Source of the DNA: Octopus vulgaris
Lineage: Eukaryota
Direction of reading: 5' to 3'
Assembly: GCA_951406725.2 (NCBI GenBank)
Contig: OX597818.1
Span: 131,626,001 to 131,690,000, forward strand
Length of the DNA stretch: 64,000 nucleotides
Below the pieces are notes generated by a model. The model was given only the letters and a program-made list of their open reading frames with translations, was not told the DNA's origin and did no database searches. The position numbers were made by a program, and so were the translations under genes. This document shows, piece after piece, positions 51,038-64,000 of the stretch. Every line of letters begins with the position of its first letter. Positions within the stretch are counted from its first letter, which is position 1.

Positions 51038-52071
51038 TTAAAACCACTGATCCATTGGTGTGCTGTGTCCTGCCTCTGCTTTTTCTGCAGTTATCACAGT
51101 GGGCTTTGATCCTCTGAGTTGGCTTAGTCTCATACCTTCCAACTTGGCAAAGCAAACTTATTCTTCCTTTTCTGATTGTCTGTAATTCTTCTACACCTTA
51201 TCTATTCTAGTTGCACTAACCACAACAAACAGTCCTTCTTCCCCAGAATATTGTTGACCTTCTAAGTTTCTTTTTCTGCCCATGTTTATTCCTGCAGCTG
51301 TTGATTTTCAGATACCTATTCAAGAGAACTATTAACCATTTTGGTCTTCGTGGGGCAAAAATTGACCATAGACACAGACCCTGCTTTCTGATCAAATCAA
51401 TAAAAACAAAGAAAAAAGCACTGGTTAACATGGGTCTGTAAGAGGAGACACTTGCCCAGGATTTCATGTTAGTAAGCACACTTCTCAACCACACAGCCAT
51501 ACTTAAACCTGGCCATATAAAACATCATAAAGTCAGGAGGTATGAGAGGAGAATTTTTATTCATTTCACCATAAGATTACAGCTGTTTTACAACCTTCCT
51601 CATGTAGTATTCAATGTCTGACATTATGATTTTATATACCCCTCATGAAGTAATTTCATCAATCAGATCTTCTGAATTTTAACTCTCTAAGATGATTGAT
51701 AATAGGAAGGGTATCCAACCATAAAATCCCTACCATAACAGAGTGAAGCCTGGGGCAGTCTTCTATCTAGCCAGCCCCTGTCAAACTGTCCAGCTGATGC
51801 CAGCATGGAAAACGGGACATTAAATGATAATAATAACAGACATTCTGCATCATGCTTCTTTGTAGCTGAATTTATTATGTGGTCTGATAGCCGAGTCCAA
51901 TGGAGCAGCTTACTGTAATAGCCACACAGTTCTCTGAATCAACATTTCATACTGCTCAGTTACAAACACACAGCTTCTGTCTATTGAATTCCCCTCACAA
52001 GGTATTGGTCAACCTGAGATCATGATGTCCAATGTTTTGTGAAGTGAGATCATCCCTGTAACCATAAATAT

Positions 52072-52459
52072 GGGGGAAGCACTCCGTCGGTTACGACGAT
52101 GAGGGTTCCGGTTGATCTGAATCAACAGAACAGCCTGCTCGTGAAATTAACGTGTAAGTGGCTGAGCACTCCACAGACACGTGCACCCTTAACATAGTTC
52201 TCAGGGATATTTAGCGTGACACAGAGAGTGACAAGGCCGGCCCCTTGAAATACAGGTACAACGGAAACAGGAAGTAAGAGTGAGAGAAAGTTGTGGTGAA
52301 AGAGTACAGCAGGGATCACCACCATCCCCTGCCGGAGCCTCGTGGAGCTTTTAGGTGTTTTCGCTCAATAAACACTCACAACGCCCGGTCTGGGAATCGA
52401 AACCGCAATCCTATGACCGCGAGTCCGCTGCCCTAACTACTGGGCCATTGCGCCTCCAC
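52072..52459 (-). mobile_element. SINE family C, tail type 1, full length
   Basis: Near-identical to 259-643. A 12-bp TSD aaccataaatat flanks it at 52060-52071 and 52460-52471. Confidence 0.9.
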
Positions 52460-53111
52460 AACCATAAATATATAGTTACAAAATTAACGTTTTGACTGTA
52501 CAGCCTTGCCTGCATCATATATAGTATTTGTTTTAGACTTAGCTTTTACTAAGCTAATTTGTAGTTAATATAATTGCTCCATTAGACTTTGTCATCATTT
52601 TACTGTGTTGTTTTTGGAACTGTAAAAGGGTTTTGAAGCACTTTTAATTAACAAAGATAAATGGGAACAATGTATAATTAAATAATTAATCCGTCTTATG
52701 TATCGTTAATACTTTTCTGGACTTTTGATCAGGGTTGAGTCTTTAGATGAACATATTGTCATGAAACTATAATCCCTGCTAATAATAGGTCAAAGATAAA
52801 TTACAGATACGTTTGAACTATGTATTGAGAACCTCAAAGTCAGTGGGATTTTTTTCAAAAATGCGTGAGAATATGAAGGAGAAAATAATCAGGTGACATA
52901 GTACACCTGAAATGTTTACCATAAACCTATAAGATAGTGTTATTCTAATGCAAGTTAAGATGAAATATAACTTAAGCAAAGACAGAATTAGAAATGTGCT
53001 ATATTTCTTTCTAGTTATGTCTTTACTTAAATGATATTTTTACTTGAAGTTGGTCGATTCAGTACCTAGGATTATCTGTTTTGCTGCTGTTTGCTGTAAG
53101 AATATATTTAT

Positions 53112-53570
53112 TTATTTCTTTACTACCCACAAGGGGCTAAACGCAGAGAGGACAAACAAGGACAGACAAACGGATTAAGTCGATTATATCGCCCACAGTG
53201 CGTAACTGGTACTTATTTAACCCTTTTGTTACCAACCCGGCTGAAACCGGCTCTGGCTCTGAATACAAATGTCTTGTTTTTATAAGTTTTGAATTAAAAT
53301 CTTCCACCAAACCTTAGTCACAATTTATGTTCCTAACACTAGTTGAATGATAACTAAGTTATTTTACTAAATTCTTTGTTATATTTAAAGTAATTCAAAG
53401 AAACACAGAGCATCTCAATATAAATACAGTAACAAAAGGGTTAATCGACCCCGAAAGGATGAAAGGCAAAGTCGACCTCGGCGGAATTTGAACTCAGAAC
53501 GTAACTGGAGACGAAATACAGCTACGCATTTCGCCCGGCGTGCTAACGTTTCTGCCAGCTCGCTGCCTTA
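53112..53570 (-). mobile_element. SINE B (tail 1) interrupted by a piggyBac MITE
   Basis: ggtacttatTTAA / TTAAtcgaccccgaaagg rejoins into the uninterrupted motif seen at 10821-10848. TSD-like taagaatatatttatt at both ends. Confidence 0.85.
53221..53440. mobile_element. piggyBac-type MITE family 1, intact 220 bp
   Basis: Perfect TIRs cccttttgttac / gtaacaaaaggg, with duplicated TTAA at 53217-53220 and 53441-53444. Confidence 0.9.
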
Positions 53571-53732
53571 AGAATATATTTATTGCTTTCTGTTTGTACA
53601 TGATGATGTTCATCATCATAATAATTATAAGGTAATGGATTGGCAGAGTCATTGAAGCATCAGAGAAAATGTCTTACTGTATTTGTTCTAGGTCTTAACA
53701 TTTTGAGTTCAAATCCGTAAGGTCAACTTTTC

Positions 53733-53905
53733 TTTCATGCAACATACATCAACACATCTCCGTTCAAGCATCTCAACTATCTCGCCAGACCTACCTTTCA
53801 GTGTGCCAACGTTGAGGGTGTGGACGGTATGGGCCCTAGAGGCCCAGGGACGGGGAGCAGTGGCGTCATGTACCTGAAAAGAAAGCTCGCATTTGGCAGA
53901 ATTCA
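53733..53905 (-). pseudogene. RTE-clade LINE 5' fragment: APE endonuclease N-terminus
   Basis: TLNVGTLKGRSGEIVEMLERRCVDVCCM(K/Q)E is the typical start of an RTE endonuclease domain. Confidence 0.75.
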
Positions 53906-54216
53906 TAAGCAAAGCAATGATCTTAAGTTCAACCTGCTACACCACACTACCATGTTTTGCGCCATATGGTCACCACCTTATATAGTAGGGGTGGTATTGG
54001 CTTAAGGCCTTTAGGTGTTCATGGAAGAAAGCAAAGGAAGACAAATGTTTTGTTCACTTGGCTATCTTTTATAACCAACCATAGCTGTTACTTGCAAGCA
54101 AATATGTACCATGCTTTAACTGATTGTTAAAGACAGCAATGTCGGTGTGAGCAGACATAGACATATTCTCAGTCTACGAGGAGATAAGGAGAAGAGGCTT
54201 GAATCCCATACTCCAT

Positions 54217-54739
54217 TGGAGTATGGGTTTCAAGCCTCTTCTCCTTATCTCCTCAAAGACATACAGCATCTCGAAAGAGTCCAGAAGCTGGCTACCCGCA
54301 TGGTTCATGGTCTCAAAAATTTGTCCTACGAAGAAAGGCTGAGGACGCTCGACCTTTATTCTCTTGAAAAACGCTGCTGCCATGGTGATCTCATTCTCGC
54401 CCACAACATCATAAGCAGAAAGTGTAACCTCTTGAAAGAGCTGTTCTTCACTCCTGCTCCAGAGCGTCGGCTGCGGGGTCATTCCGAAAAGCTCTACCTG
54501 CGACGATTTCATCTCAATCGAAGGAGAGGAGCTTTCTCCGTCCGGGTTGCGGATCTGTGGAACAAGCTGCCAGACGAGATGGTGAAGATGCCGACGACCG
54601 CTTTGTTCAAAGCCTCCCTGGACCTCAAGTGGCCTGAACTCTTTACATGAACACCACCCTGTACTTAACTCCATGTCCCCCTACATGGCCTTGCTATTTG
54701 CTTTTGAGCCAAATTAACCAACTAACTAACTAACTAACA
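54217..54739 (+). pseudogene. 5'-truncated CR1-clade LINE, second family, open ORF2 C-terminus
   Basis: LEYGFQASSPYLLKDIQHLERVQKLATRMV...RGHSEKL...FSVRVADLWNKLP. Stop at 54650, (AACT)n tail. Confidence 0.9.
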
Positions 54740-56379
54740 AGATGAGATAAGGACTTCCGGTACAGGTGGAGGAGGTGGGAGGGCGGGCGCACCGTGCACT
54801 GGGAAAGATGGGGTAGAGATTTAAGCGACAGAAAGACAAGATTTGAGACGAAATGCTTTGCGATCGTGTGAATAAGTTTCTATGAGTGAAAGTTTATATG
54901 TTGTGGAGAAATGCTTCAGCTAGCATTTGAGACGAAAGACAATGATAATAAAAGGGGAAACAATAAGGCTTGATGGTGATAATACTTGTAAAAAAACAAT
55001 GAAAGGAGGAAACAGGTCGGAAACTTTAAAATATCTTAGCTGGTATTTTTCATCCTGAGGTTCAACCCATGCTAGCATGGAAAGCGGACGTTAAACGATG
55101 ATGATGATGATGATATATATATGCACACACACATTTTATGAATGACAACTTCTTTCAGTTGCATCAATCAAATCTATTCTCAAGGCACTGGTCAGCCCGT
55201 GGCTCTAATAGGAGATACTTGCTGAAGGTGTCATGCAGTGCGACTGAACCCAAAACCATATGGTTGGGAAACAATCTTCTTACCACATAGCCATGCCTGC
55301 ACCTAGTCATGTAAAAATTTTCACTTAATTTGTGTTCAAAACACCAGCTTAACAATGAAAAAGTTAACCTTTTTATTTTTTTAAAAATCTCTACAAATCT
55401 TGCATTACTTTAAGAATTAATGGAAATATCCAGACAGATTATGCTGTTAGAGTTATTGTCATGAAAGTGTAAATCTGCATGTTGACGGAATATCATTGGT
55501 TACTTGTACAACTTGGAAAATGTAATTATCACAGACAACATGTTTGTGGGTAAATTTTGCATATTTATTTGAAGTAAATAATATTTATACAAAGTGAAAA
55601 CATAATTGAAGATTATGATTATAGTGTGAAGAAAATGTTTGGTGTGGTTATATTCATTTATATATTTTAATATTTACTTCTTTTCCACAGGAGGTTAATT
55701 AGGATGTTTTTGTTTTGAAGATTTAGTGATGGTTGTTGGGACACAAATTAGGACATTTGCATAGAATTGGTGCAATTTTTATCAACTACATATTCTACTA
55801 ATTGGTTGTTTGTAAAGTACAGGTATGGCTGTGTGGTAAGAAGCTTACTTTTCAGCCACATCATTTTGGGTTCATTCCCACTATTCAGCACCATAAGTAA
55901 GTCTTTTCTACTACAACCCCAAGCTGACCATGTATGTGTGTGTATATCTATGTGTGTGTGTTTGTGTTTGTCACTACCACTGCTTGATGATAGGTGTTGG
56001 TTCATTTATAGTCCCATAATTTAGTGATTTGGCAAAAGAAACTGATTATTAAGCATCAAGCTTAATAATAAGTGCACTAAACCATTCAATGTGGTGCTCC
56101 AGGATGGCCACAGTCTAATGACTAAAACAAGTAAAAGATAAAAGCTACAAGTCTTTCACGATGATTTAAGGTAATAACACAGTAGTTGCAGTAGTGAGGT
56201 TTGAACTTAGGAACATGTAGTTACTAGTCCAGCACCATAACTACCAAGCTATTGTGTCTCATTTTATACTTTGGTACTTGACCTAAAACTGTATTCTTCC
56301 CATTTTAATTTTCTGACATGATTTATAAGCAATTATAAGATGAATCTTCTCCAACAATTAGAGTATTTTTTTATCGTTT

Positions 56380-56767
56380 GTCTTTTACTTGTTTCAATCA
56401 TTCGACTGTGGCCATGCTGGAGCACCACCTTGGAGATTATTTTAGTCAAATGAATCAACCCCAGTACGTATTTTTTTTAATTCTTGTACTTACTCTATTA
56501 TGTTTGTTCTTTTTTTGCTGAACTGCTAAGTTATGGGAACAAGCACACCAGCATGAGTGGTGGGGAACAAACACAGACACAAAGACACACACACATTGTA
56601 TATATGACAGGCTTCTTTCAGTTTCCATCTACCAAATTTACTCACAAGGCTTTGGTCAGCCTGAGGTAATAGTAGAAGATACTTGCCCAAGGTGCCAAAA
56701 GTGGAACTGAACCTGGAACCCTGTGGTTGGGAAGCAAGCTGTTTACCATGCAGCTATGCCTGCGCCT
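56380..56767 (-). mobile_element. Diverged SINE A
   Basis: cttttacttgtttcaatcatt ... gaagatacttgcccaaggtgcc ... cctgcgcct. Other old copies at 55145-55305 (-), 55820-56143 (+) and 57745-58098 (+). Confidence 0.7.
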
Positions 56768-56825
56768 ATCTGAAAAAACACAAAACTTTTTGCTACATCC
56801 TATAATATTTGAAGTAAAAGTATTT

Positions 56826-56914
56826 TCAAAAGTTCCGCATACCGGAAGCCAGCAAGCGCATTCTCTCCTGATGACCCCATATACTTGCTGGCTTACAGTA
56901 TGCGGAGTTTTTGA
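56826..56914 (+). other. 89-nt isolated hairpin
   Basis: A 31-bp stem, tcaaaagttccgcataccggaagccagcaag / cttgctggcttacagtatgcggagtttttga, with 2 G-U pairs and 2 mismatches on the plus strand. Confidence 0.75.
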
Positions 56915-59725
56915 CTGGTAGTACTTGCATGTGCAAGTTGTTTGCAAGACATTTACCTGTGTCTCGGAAATCTATCATGGAATCCAGAAGCATCTTGCAC
57001 ACAAGGTGACATGCAATGGGACTAAACTTGAAAATTTGTGGAAATTTGCTTCCCAACCAGGTGTATTTGGGTTCAGTTCCACTGTTTGGCAAATTGTACA
57101 AGTGTTTTCTACTATTGTCCCAGGCTGATCAAGGCCTTAGGAATGAATATCTTAGAAACTTAAATAAGCCCATTGTATGTGAGTGTGTGTATATTTTATC
57201 TCTCTCAATATGATATTTGTAAGTACATGTCACCATACAAATGGTTCCATTCATTTCCAGTCCTCTGCAGCCATGGAGAAATATCTCCTTGCTTGGAAAC
57301 AAGTGAGGATTGATTACAGGAATGGCATCCAGCCATAGAAAATCTAACTCGACAAATTCTGTCTGGAAAAGTGAACATGAAAATAGTGGTGATGATGATG
57401 ATGATGACGATGTGTGTATTGTTTTGTGGATTAAAATATTTTGTTACTGACAAACATGACTCAAGTTTTATCTGTTCTACTGGCCCAGAGTTGCCCTCTT
57501 TTGGGTACAGTATTCCACTAGTCATCTAATCTGATAAATAGGTTTCATCTTCACTGCATATAAATTAACATTTATAACATTGACCTATAAACTAAAGCAA
57601 TTCCGTAATTCAAGCTACTATTTAACTTTGCAGCCCCTTTTTGTATGTATTTGTACGGTGTCTGTATGTGTTCACAGTGTTATTTATGCTAAGTACAATT
57701 TATATAAAGTTAGGGCAACAATACAGTTCAAATAAGATTTGAACAAGGCTTCAAGTTCAGTCCCACTGCATGGCCCCTCAGGCAAATATCTCCTACTATA
57801 GACTTGGGTTGACTAAACCTTTGTGAGTGGATTTGATAAACAGAAATTGAAAGAAGCTCATCATATATATGTGTGTCATTGAGTCCGTGTTTGTTCCCTG
57901 CCACTACTTGACAACCAGTGTTGGTATGTTTACATCCCCATAACTTAGCAGTTCATCAAAAGAGGTCAATGCAATAAAGACCAGGCTTTAAAAAAATTAA
58001 GTAAGTACCGGGGTTGATTCATTCTACTAAAAATTCTTCAAGGTAGTGCTGCAGCATGGCCATAGTCTTATGACTGAAACAAGTAAAAGATAAAAGATAG
58101 AAACAACCAAACTGAAAAACAGTTATCATCTCTTACAAACAAGTTAATGTTTGGCATTAAAAAGAACAGCAAGCCCATAAAACTCTTCAGCAATTCAACA
58201 ACGCAACCATATGAAATTACAAAACCATTAAAAGCTATGCTATCTGGGAAAAAAAAAAATTGCATGTAAAGTCTTAAAATGTAGAGTAAGGTTTATAAAT
58301 ATTATGCTTTGTCTTGAGATGTAACTTTGCTTCACTTACTTCAGTCCACCTAACTAGAAGATATTTCCATTAAATTCAGTTTACATAGATAAAGATAATG
58401 TTATGCTGTCTTATGTTTGACATACACAGAGAAATGAATAAAATGCTGCTCTGGTTTGTTAGCTGAGAGCAACTACACTAAACTCTAAAAGTATTTCTTA
58501 TCTGACTATTGTTAACGCTGATCTGAATATTTGCAAAACCTAAGTGATGTTTATTAAGGAAAATATTAGTGGAATACTTAGCAGGAGCAAATCAACTCCA
58601 TATAGATTCTTAGATCACACTAACAACTAAAGACAAGAGAATAAAAATCTAGAAAAATATTTCACCAAATGTAAACATTTTATCTTTTTTGAAGGACACT
58701 TTAGCTTCAATCTATTTGCATATATTGCTGAGTAAATTGAAATTAGGTGTTCACCAGAAATTGAACGAAAACAAGAACAATGGACTTCCTAAAGAATGCT
58801 TAGATATATTTTCTTAGAAATCTGACATGTAAAGTAAATATGAAGATATTTACTTTATCTATGGCACTAGCTGCTTGTTTTAAACTGTTGACATTATGAC
58901 ATATCTGTCTTCTGAAAAACACACAGTGTATTCAGAAGAATTTTGTTGAATGTGTGAATTTTAGATTTATTTAATCTTTGCTTTTTACAGTGAAAGAAAG
59001 AAAGAAAAAAAAACAGAAGATAAATATTAGCATCTAATAACATGCATTTTGTTTTTACTTTTACACATTTTTTTCCCTTCTTTCAATAACCAACCGATAA
59101 AATAATCATCAACAAATGGTTTACTAACTTAAGGTTAAGATTTCTATTTAAATATATAACCTTTTCATGTCTTTTTTGATTACATATGTTAGTAATTAAT
59201 TGCTACATCCTCTCTTTGCCAGCCAGCTTCAGGCACAAATATCAACTGTGACTGACTGCCACGATGAATTTGTATCATTGTATGATTCACACTTAGAATG
59301 AACTAAGTAGTTATACTAAAACTTTCTTTTTAATTTTTTCCCCACCATCACTGAGGTCAGTGAGGTTATTTTACTCAAGTGATTCTTGAAGATCAATACT
59401 ACCAGCTAATAAAACACAAAGCAATTACACAGAGCACCTGCTGATTAAAACAAGGGACATATCTGTATTTTATTACGATATCTATTTATGTACATATATA
59501 ATTTAGGGCTATGAATGTGGATGGCATGGATGGAAAAGTGTGATGTCTTACAGTTTCAAGTTTGGCGGCTCACTTTTTTCTTCAAATATTTCAATACAGT
59601 GGTCTTACTTCTCAATATCCATCAATATTGAAATATCCCATATAAGGTTTATTTTCAATCATATATCAATGATAATGTATCTGATCAACTGAAGCAGAAC
59701 TATCTGTGAAGTTTTGAATATCACC

Positions 59726-59766
<41 letters not shown>

Positions 59767-59823
59767 TGATGATGATGATGATGATGATGATGCAATCACT
59801 ATTTTCACCTTCACAATTATTCT

Positions 59824-60104
59824 CGTTGCCAGCCTCGCCTGGCACCCGTGCCGGTGACACGTAAAAGCACCATCCGTTCGTGGCCGTTTTCCAGCTCTGT
59901 CTGGCACCTGTGCAGGTGGCACGTAAAAATCACCCACTACACTCACGGAGTGGTTGGCGTTAGGAAGGGCATCCAGCCGTAGAAACACTGCCAGATCTGA
60001 CTGGGCCTGATGAAGCCGTCCAGCTTCACAGACCCCAGTTGAACCGTCCAACCCATGCTAGCATGGAAAACGGACGCTAAATGATGATGATGATGATGAT
60101 GATG
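59824..60104 (+). mobile_element. Family E retroposon, ~1.5 internal repeats, (GAT)n tail
   Basis: Same subfamily as 26880-27845. Confidence 0.85.
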
Positions 60105-63100
60105 CGCATTCTCAGTGTTACAGAAGTATTGTATTCCCGAAAATTCTGCTATCTGTACTATAATAGAGAAAGCTGCTTATTAATTAGCTTCAAGTATGTA
60201 ACTTTTACTAAAAGAAAACAATCATTAAAGTCAACAGTGTCTCGAATATTCTTAAAAATTCCAATTTTAGTATATTTTTATCAAAAATATATTAAAATTT
60301 TCAAAAATCTTTCATTATTGAAGATTTCAACTAATTTTAATTCACTCTTTAAAATCTTACATTGCATGTCAGTACTTTTTAATGTCTTATTCCATTCTTT
60401 CTTTCTTTCTTTCTATTTCTTTTTAGCTTACTACCACTATTTCAATTAGCCTTTCTCTTTCTTTATAACTTTTCATCACTCATTGCTATTCCTATCATAG
60501 TGTTTTGAACATCTTTCTTTCTTCTTTCACTCTACCTATCTCTTTCTTTCTTTACCCTGCATCCTTACAGCATCTCCTCTCTCACTCACAGCCTAGGTTT
60601 TTTTGTCACTCACACTCTCTCTCTCAACTGTCTCTATTCAATTGTTTTCATTAAAAATAAGTAAATACAAAGATTTTCTTTGAGATACTTTGAGAATATT
60701 TGTGAAAAATTTTCCACTATTATATTTATTTATTATATCAAAATTACATAGAAATTTCTGGAGGTTTTTTTAGTTTCATTTCCTTTACACAAATGTGTAA
60801 CCCATGGTACTTTGAATAATGAAAGCTTTGGATTACTTTCTGTGCTTTTGGTGACTTTGTGCTTATTGTTAGGGTAAGGTATTAATTTTATGTAACATAC
60901 TGATGTATGTATAATGTACAATACATTATACATACTGTTCTTTTTATTTCCACATTAAAATTTTTTACTTCAACAAATACTAGCAGAAAAATGCCTGGAA
61001 AATGTTGTTTCTGCTAGAACTGGGAAATTTTGTAGCATGAAATGTATTGTCCATTGAATTCTATATGGAATGGCAGTTAGTAGAAAATTGGTCTTGCATT
61101 ATGGAATTCCACATTACAGTATTATTTTCAGGAATACAGCATTTCCATATTGCTCTATTTTCTTGTATAAATTTGAAAAAAAAACACTTCTCATATGATT
61201 TTTGGCTTCTTCCAGAATTTGATCCACATGAAAAATGTTTTCATATTCAGTCTAAAAATGGAATCTATGTATCAGTGTACCAACATTAGAAAAAAAAAAC
61301 AGAAAGAATCTTGGTTTTCTTTAAAGATGATCTTTCTTTTTATTTGTAATATATTTTATAAATATCTTATTTTATTTTCATTCCAGTTTATAAAGAAACA
61401 AATTTGGTTGTAATACAGTGATCTCAAATTTTGCATTAGCATACTAACAGGCTGGGGACTTTATATATAACTATGGTACACAAAAAATCTTTCAAAGTTT
61501 AAAAGTAAAGAAATGGAAAACATTTGACAAATACATGTAGAAAACTTTGTAATACAGCTAATGTTTTGCAACAGACCCAACTGCATCAGGTTCTTGAACT
61601 GAAAATTCTTTCATTTGTGTCTCGGCTTCATCTATATCATCTTATTCATAAGCAAGTTACGGATTTAAACTTATAAGTTCTGTATCAATGAGGTCCTCAT
61701 TATGCAAGTCATTCAACTCTGACACTGTAGACAAATTTCAGTGATTATCTTTTTGCTTACTATGACCCCTGTAACTTCTGTTTACAATAATTTATCATTG
61801 TCAATTAAATGTTATGAGGATTTTGTTTACAAAACAATCTTGTTTTTCCAACATTTCTTTCTTCAACAATTGTTCTTGAATAATAGGATATTTTGCTGCT
61901 GTTTTATCAAACTGCTCTACACATTCCTCTACAACCCAATGTTATGGATTCCAGAGCATTACATAAATTCATCAAACCTTCAAGAAAATGTTTTAGTTTC
62001 ATTTTCTTTATACTGCTGCTAAACTGAATAACATTGAATTCTTATAAGCAGTACTCACATTTTGATATCAAACTATCAAACACATAAAAATCAATTTCAA
62101 AGCAAAATAATTTCAGAGTTTTGTAATGAATGTAGTTGTGTGATAGATATAGGTCTTTATGAACTTCAATGCAACAACCAAAGTGTGGTTTCAGGTTGAA
62201 AGATTTTTAGCAAAATATAAAATGACATCAGTCTCATCATCATTAGTGATAGTTTCTAAAATGTTGCCCTTCATCCCTTTTCAATTCACCCAGCTATTGT
62301 TACTTACCTTTTTTTTCCTTTTTTTCAGCTCAGCAACTGTACTCTTTCCTTCCTTATGTTCACAACAAATAACAGAAATATTAATTCATTTCTAAAATTG
62401 TACTTATATAAGTGTTCCACCCACCTCAGTAAGTGAAGCTTTAAATGAACTACACAAATATCATTGAAACCTACTCTCTTCCACTTCAACAAAGTGTATA
62501 GAAGGTCGGTATTCAACTAATCCTTCCTACTTTTGCCCTTCTTGTTCTATCATTTTTAATAATTTAATATTCTTGTAAAATTTAGCATTAAATGCCATAG
62601 TATTTTTCATTATGAGCTATCATCACAAACCTTCTGTTATGGAAAGAATAAAAATACAAAGGTTCCAAACCAAAAAAAGGAATTACAATTGGATTAAGTA
62701 TGATAAAAGTATACTGATGATTCTTACAAGAGACTTTCCAGAGAATATTTTAGCACAACTCAAAATAGTCATAAAAGCAAATGTAAAAGTACAAATTTCA
62801 AAAAATAATTCAAAAAGGTAAAAAAAAATTTTCAAATAAAATATTTGATTTATCTAAATCAAATATCATTTATTCTAGTGGAATAACGATCTATTCCTGA
62901 ATAAATGTTAAATTATGCTACCAAACTGACATGTTAGTATTTAAGATTTATTCATAAAATTTCAAGTTTTATGAAATTAATTTCTGTATTGATGTTTTAC
63001 TGATTCAAAAGTATCCATGGAGAACTTTTAAGAAAATAATAGGACAAAGATAGGAGAAAAATAAATTGTAAGGTATTGTTTTGCAACCTAATATTACATA

Positions 63101-64000
63101 CATTAACATGCTTACACGCACAAACACACATATATACACACATACACATATGCAAATGTAAATTTGAAATTTCCAAATAAATTTAATTTATTTTAGTATT
63201 TTTAATACAATTAAAATGTTGTAGAAAATTTTATTTCACTAAAGTGCTTCAACCCTTCATGGAAAGTACTTGCATACAAATGTAATTTCATAATTGGAAA
63301 TGTGTAAGTCCAACTGAGATAATTGATTGTGCCATTATGACATTAGAGAGAAAAGGATTAAATTAGCAAAGTGATCTGAGGAAAATGAGGTATGATTAAG
63401 ATTACTATAACTGCAAGATGTTAAAATATGTCAGCAATCTGAGACAATATATATATATATATATAGTATAAGAAAAGGAAAATTATAATGTGATTTTCAC
63501 AACTGACTTATAAGTGTCTCGTTTCATAGATGGATTTACTGAAGGTGGAAAAATCTTGAGATAAGCTATTTTGTGAGTTTATTTAAATGATAAGAGTTTA
63601 GAAGGAAAAGATTTTTAAAAAAAATAAAACCATTAGACTCATCAATAAACCATTACTTTTTCATTTCATTTAAATTTTTTTAAACCAGATGTGTGGTCTA
63701 ATTGTTTTGAGTTCTCAGATTTTTAATACTTTTGGAAAGATAACATTGATTAGTTTTAACTTTAAGGGATTAATCAGTATGCAGATAAAACACAATGAGC
63801 CAATGAGGAGACCTTTATGAGGTAGTTGATTTCTTGAAAAAATGATAGCCAAATTTCTATCAAATCATATATATATATACATACCATTAAAAAGTCTGAA
63901 GGACATATTGGATAATGTAGTCTGAGATAAGCAATGCCAGGAAAGACAGGATAGGCACATCTGAGATGCCTTTGATTATGAGTCTGCTCATTTAGGATTG

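Noticed and set aside
54147-54650. 167-aa ORF as a host gene
   Set aside because: It has a GTG start in duplicated DNA, runs through a fold-back arm into a truncated CR1 ORF2, and lacks the RT catalytic core.
63818-63870. let-7-like seed tgaggtag
   Set aside because: The rest of the mature sequence differs and the putative hairpin pairs poorly.

Overview
This is AT-rich, repeat-dense animal genomic DNA, most likely intronic or intergenic. The SINE families and the heavy (TA)n/(CA)n/(ATT)n/(GAT)n microsatellite load suggest an Octopus/coleoid cephalopod genome; that is inferred from recognising the repeats, not verified. I find no intact host protein-coding gene. Nearly all ORF-track entries are microsatellite or SINE artefacts. 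The recognisable proteins are fragments of CR1 and RTE LINEs, a DD37D (maT) transposase and a mariner C-terminus. The window holds five or more short retroposon families (labelled A-E here, my own working names), two piggyBac-type TTAA MITE families, Helitron-like elements and Penelope-like fragments. The most notable observations are: (1) several minimal type-I hammerhead ribozyme motifs, including a shared CUGUUGA core variant; (2) a multi-step templated insertion inside a piggyBac MITE, built from inverted copies of three nearby donors; (3) a CR1 insertion whose 5' junction has a 38-bp snap-back palindrome preceded by a 135-bp copy of DNA from 4 kb upstream; (4) a 13-unit A/B higher-order ~61-bp minisatellite grown inside a retroposon; (5) modular head/tail swapping between SINEs; (6) elements that appear to target (ATT)n/(TAA)n; and (7) several isolated long hairpins. 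Boundaries of degenerate repeats are approximate.
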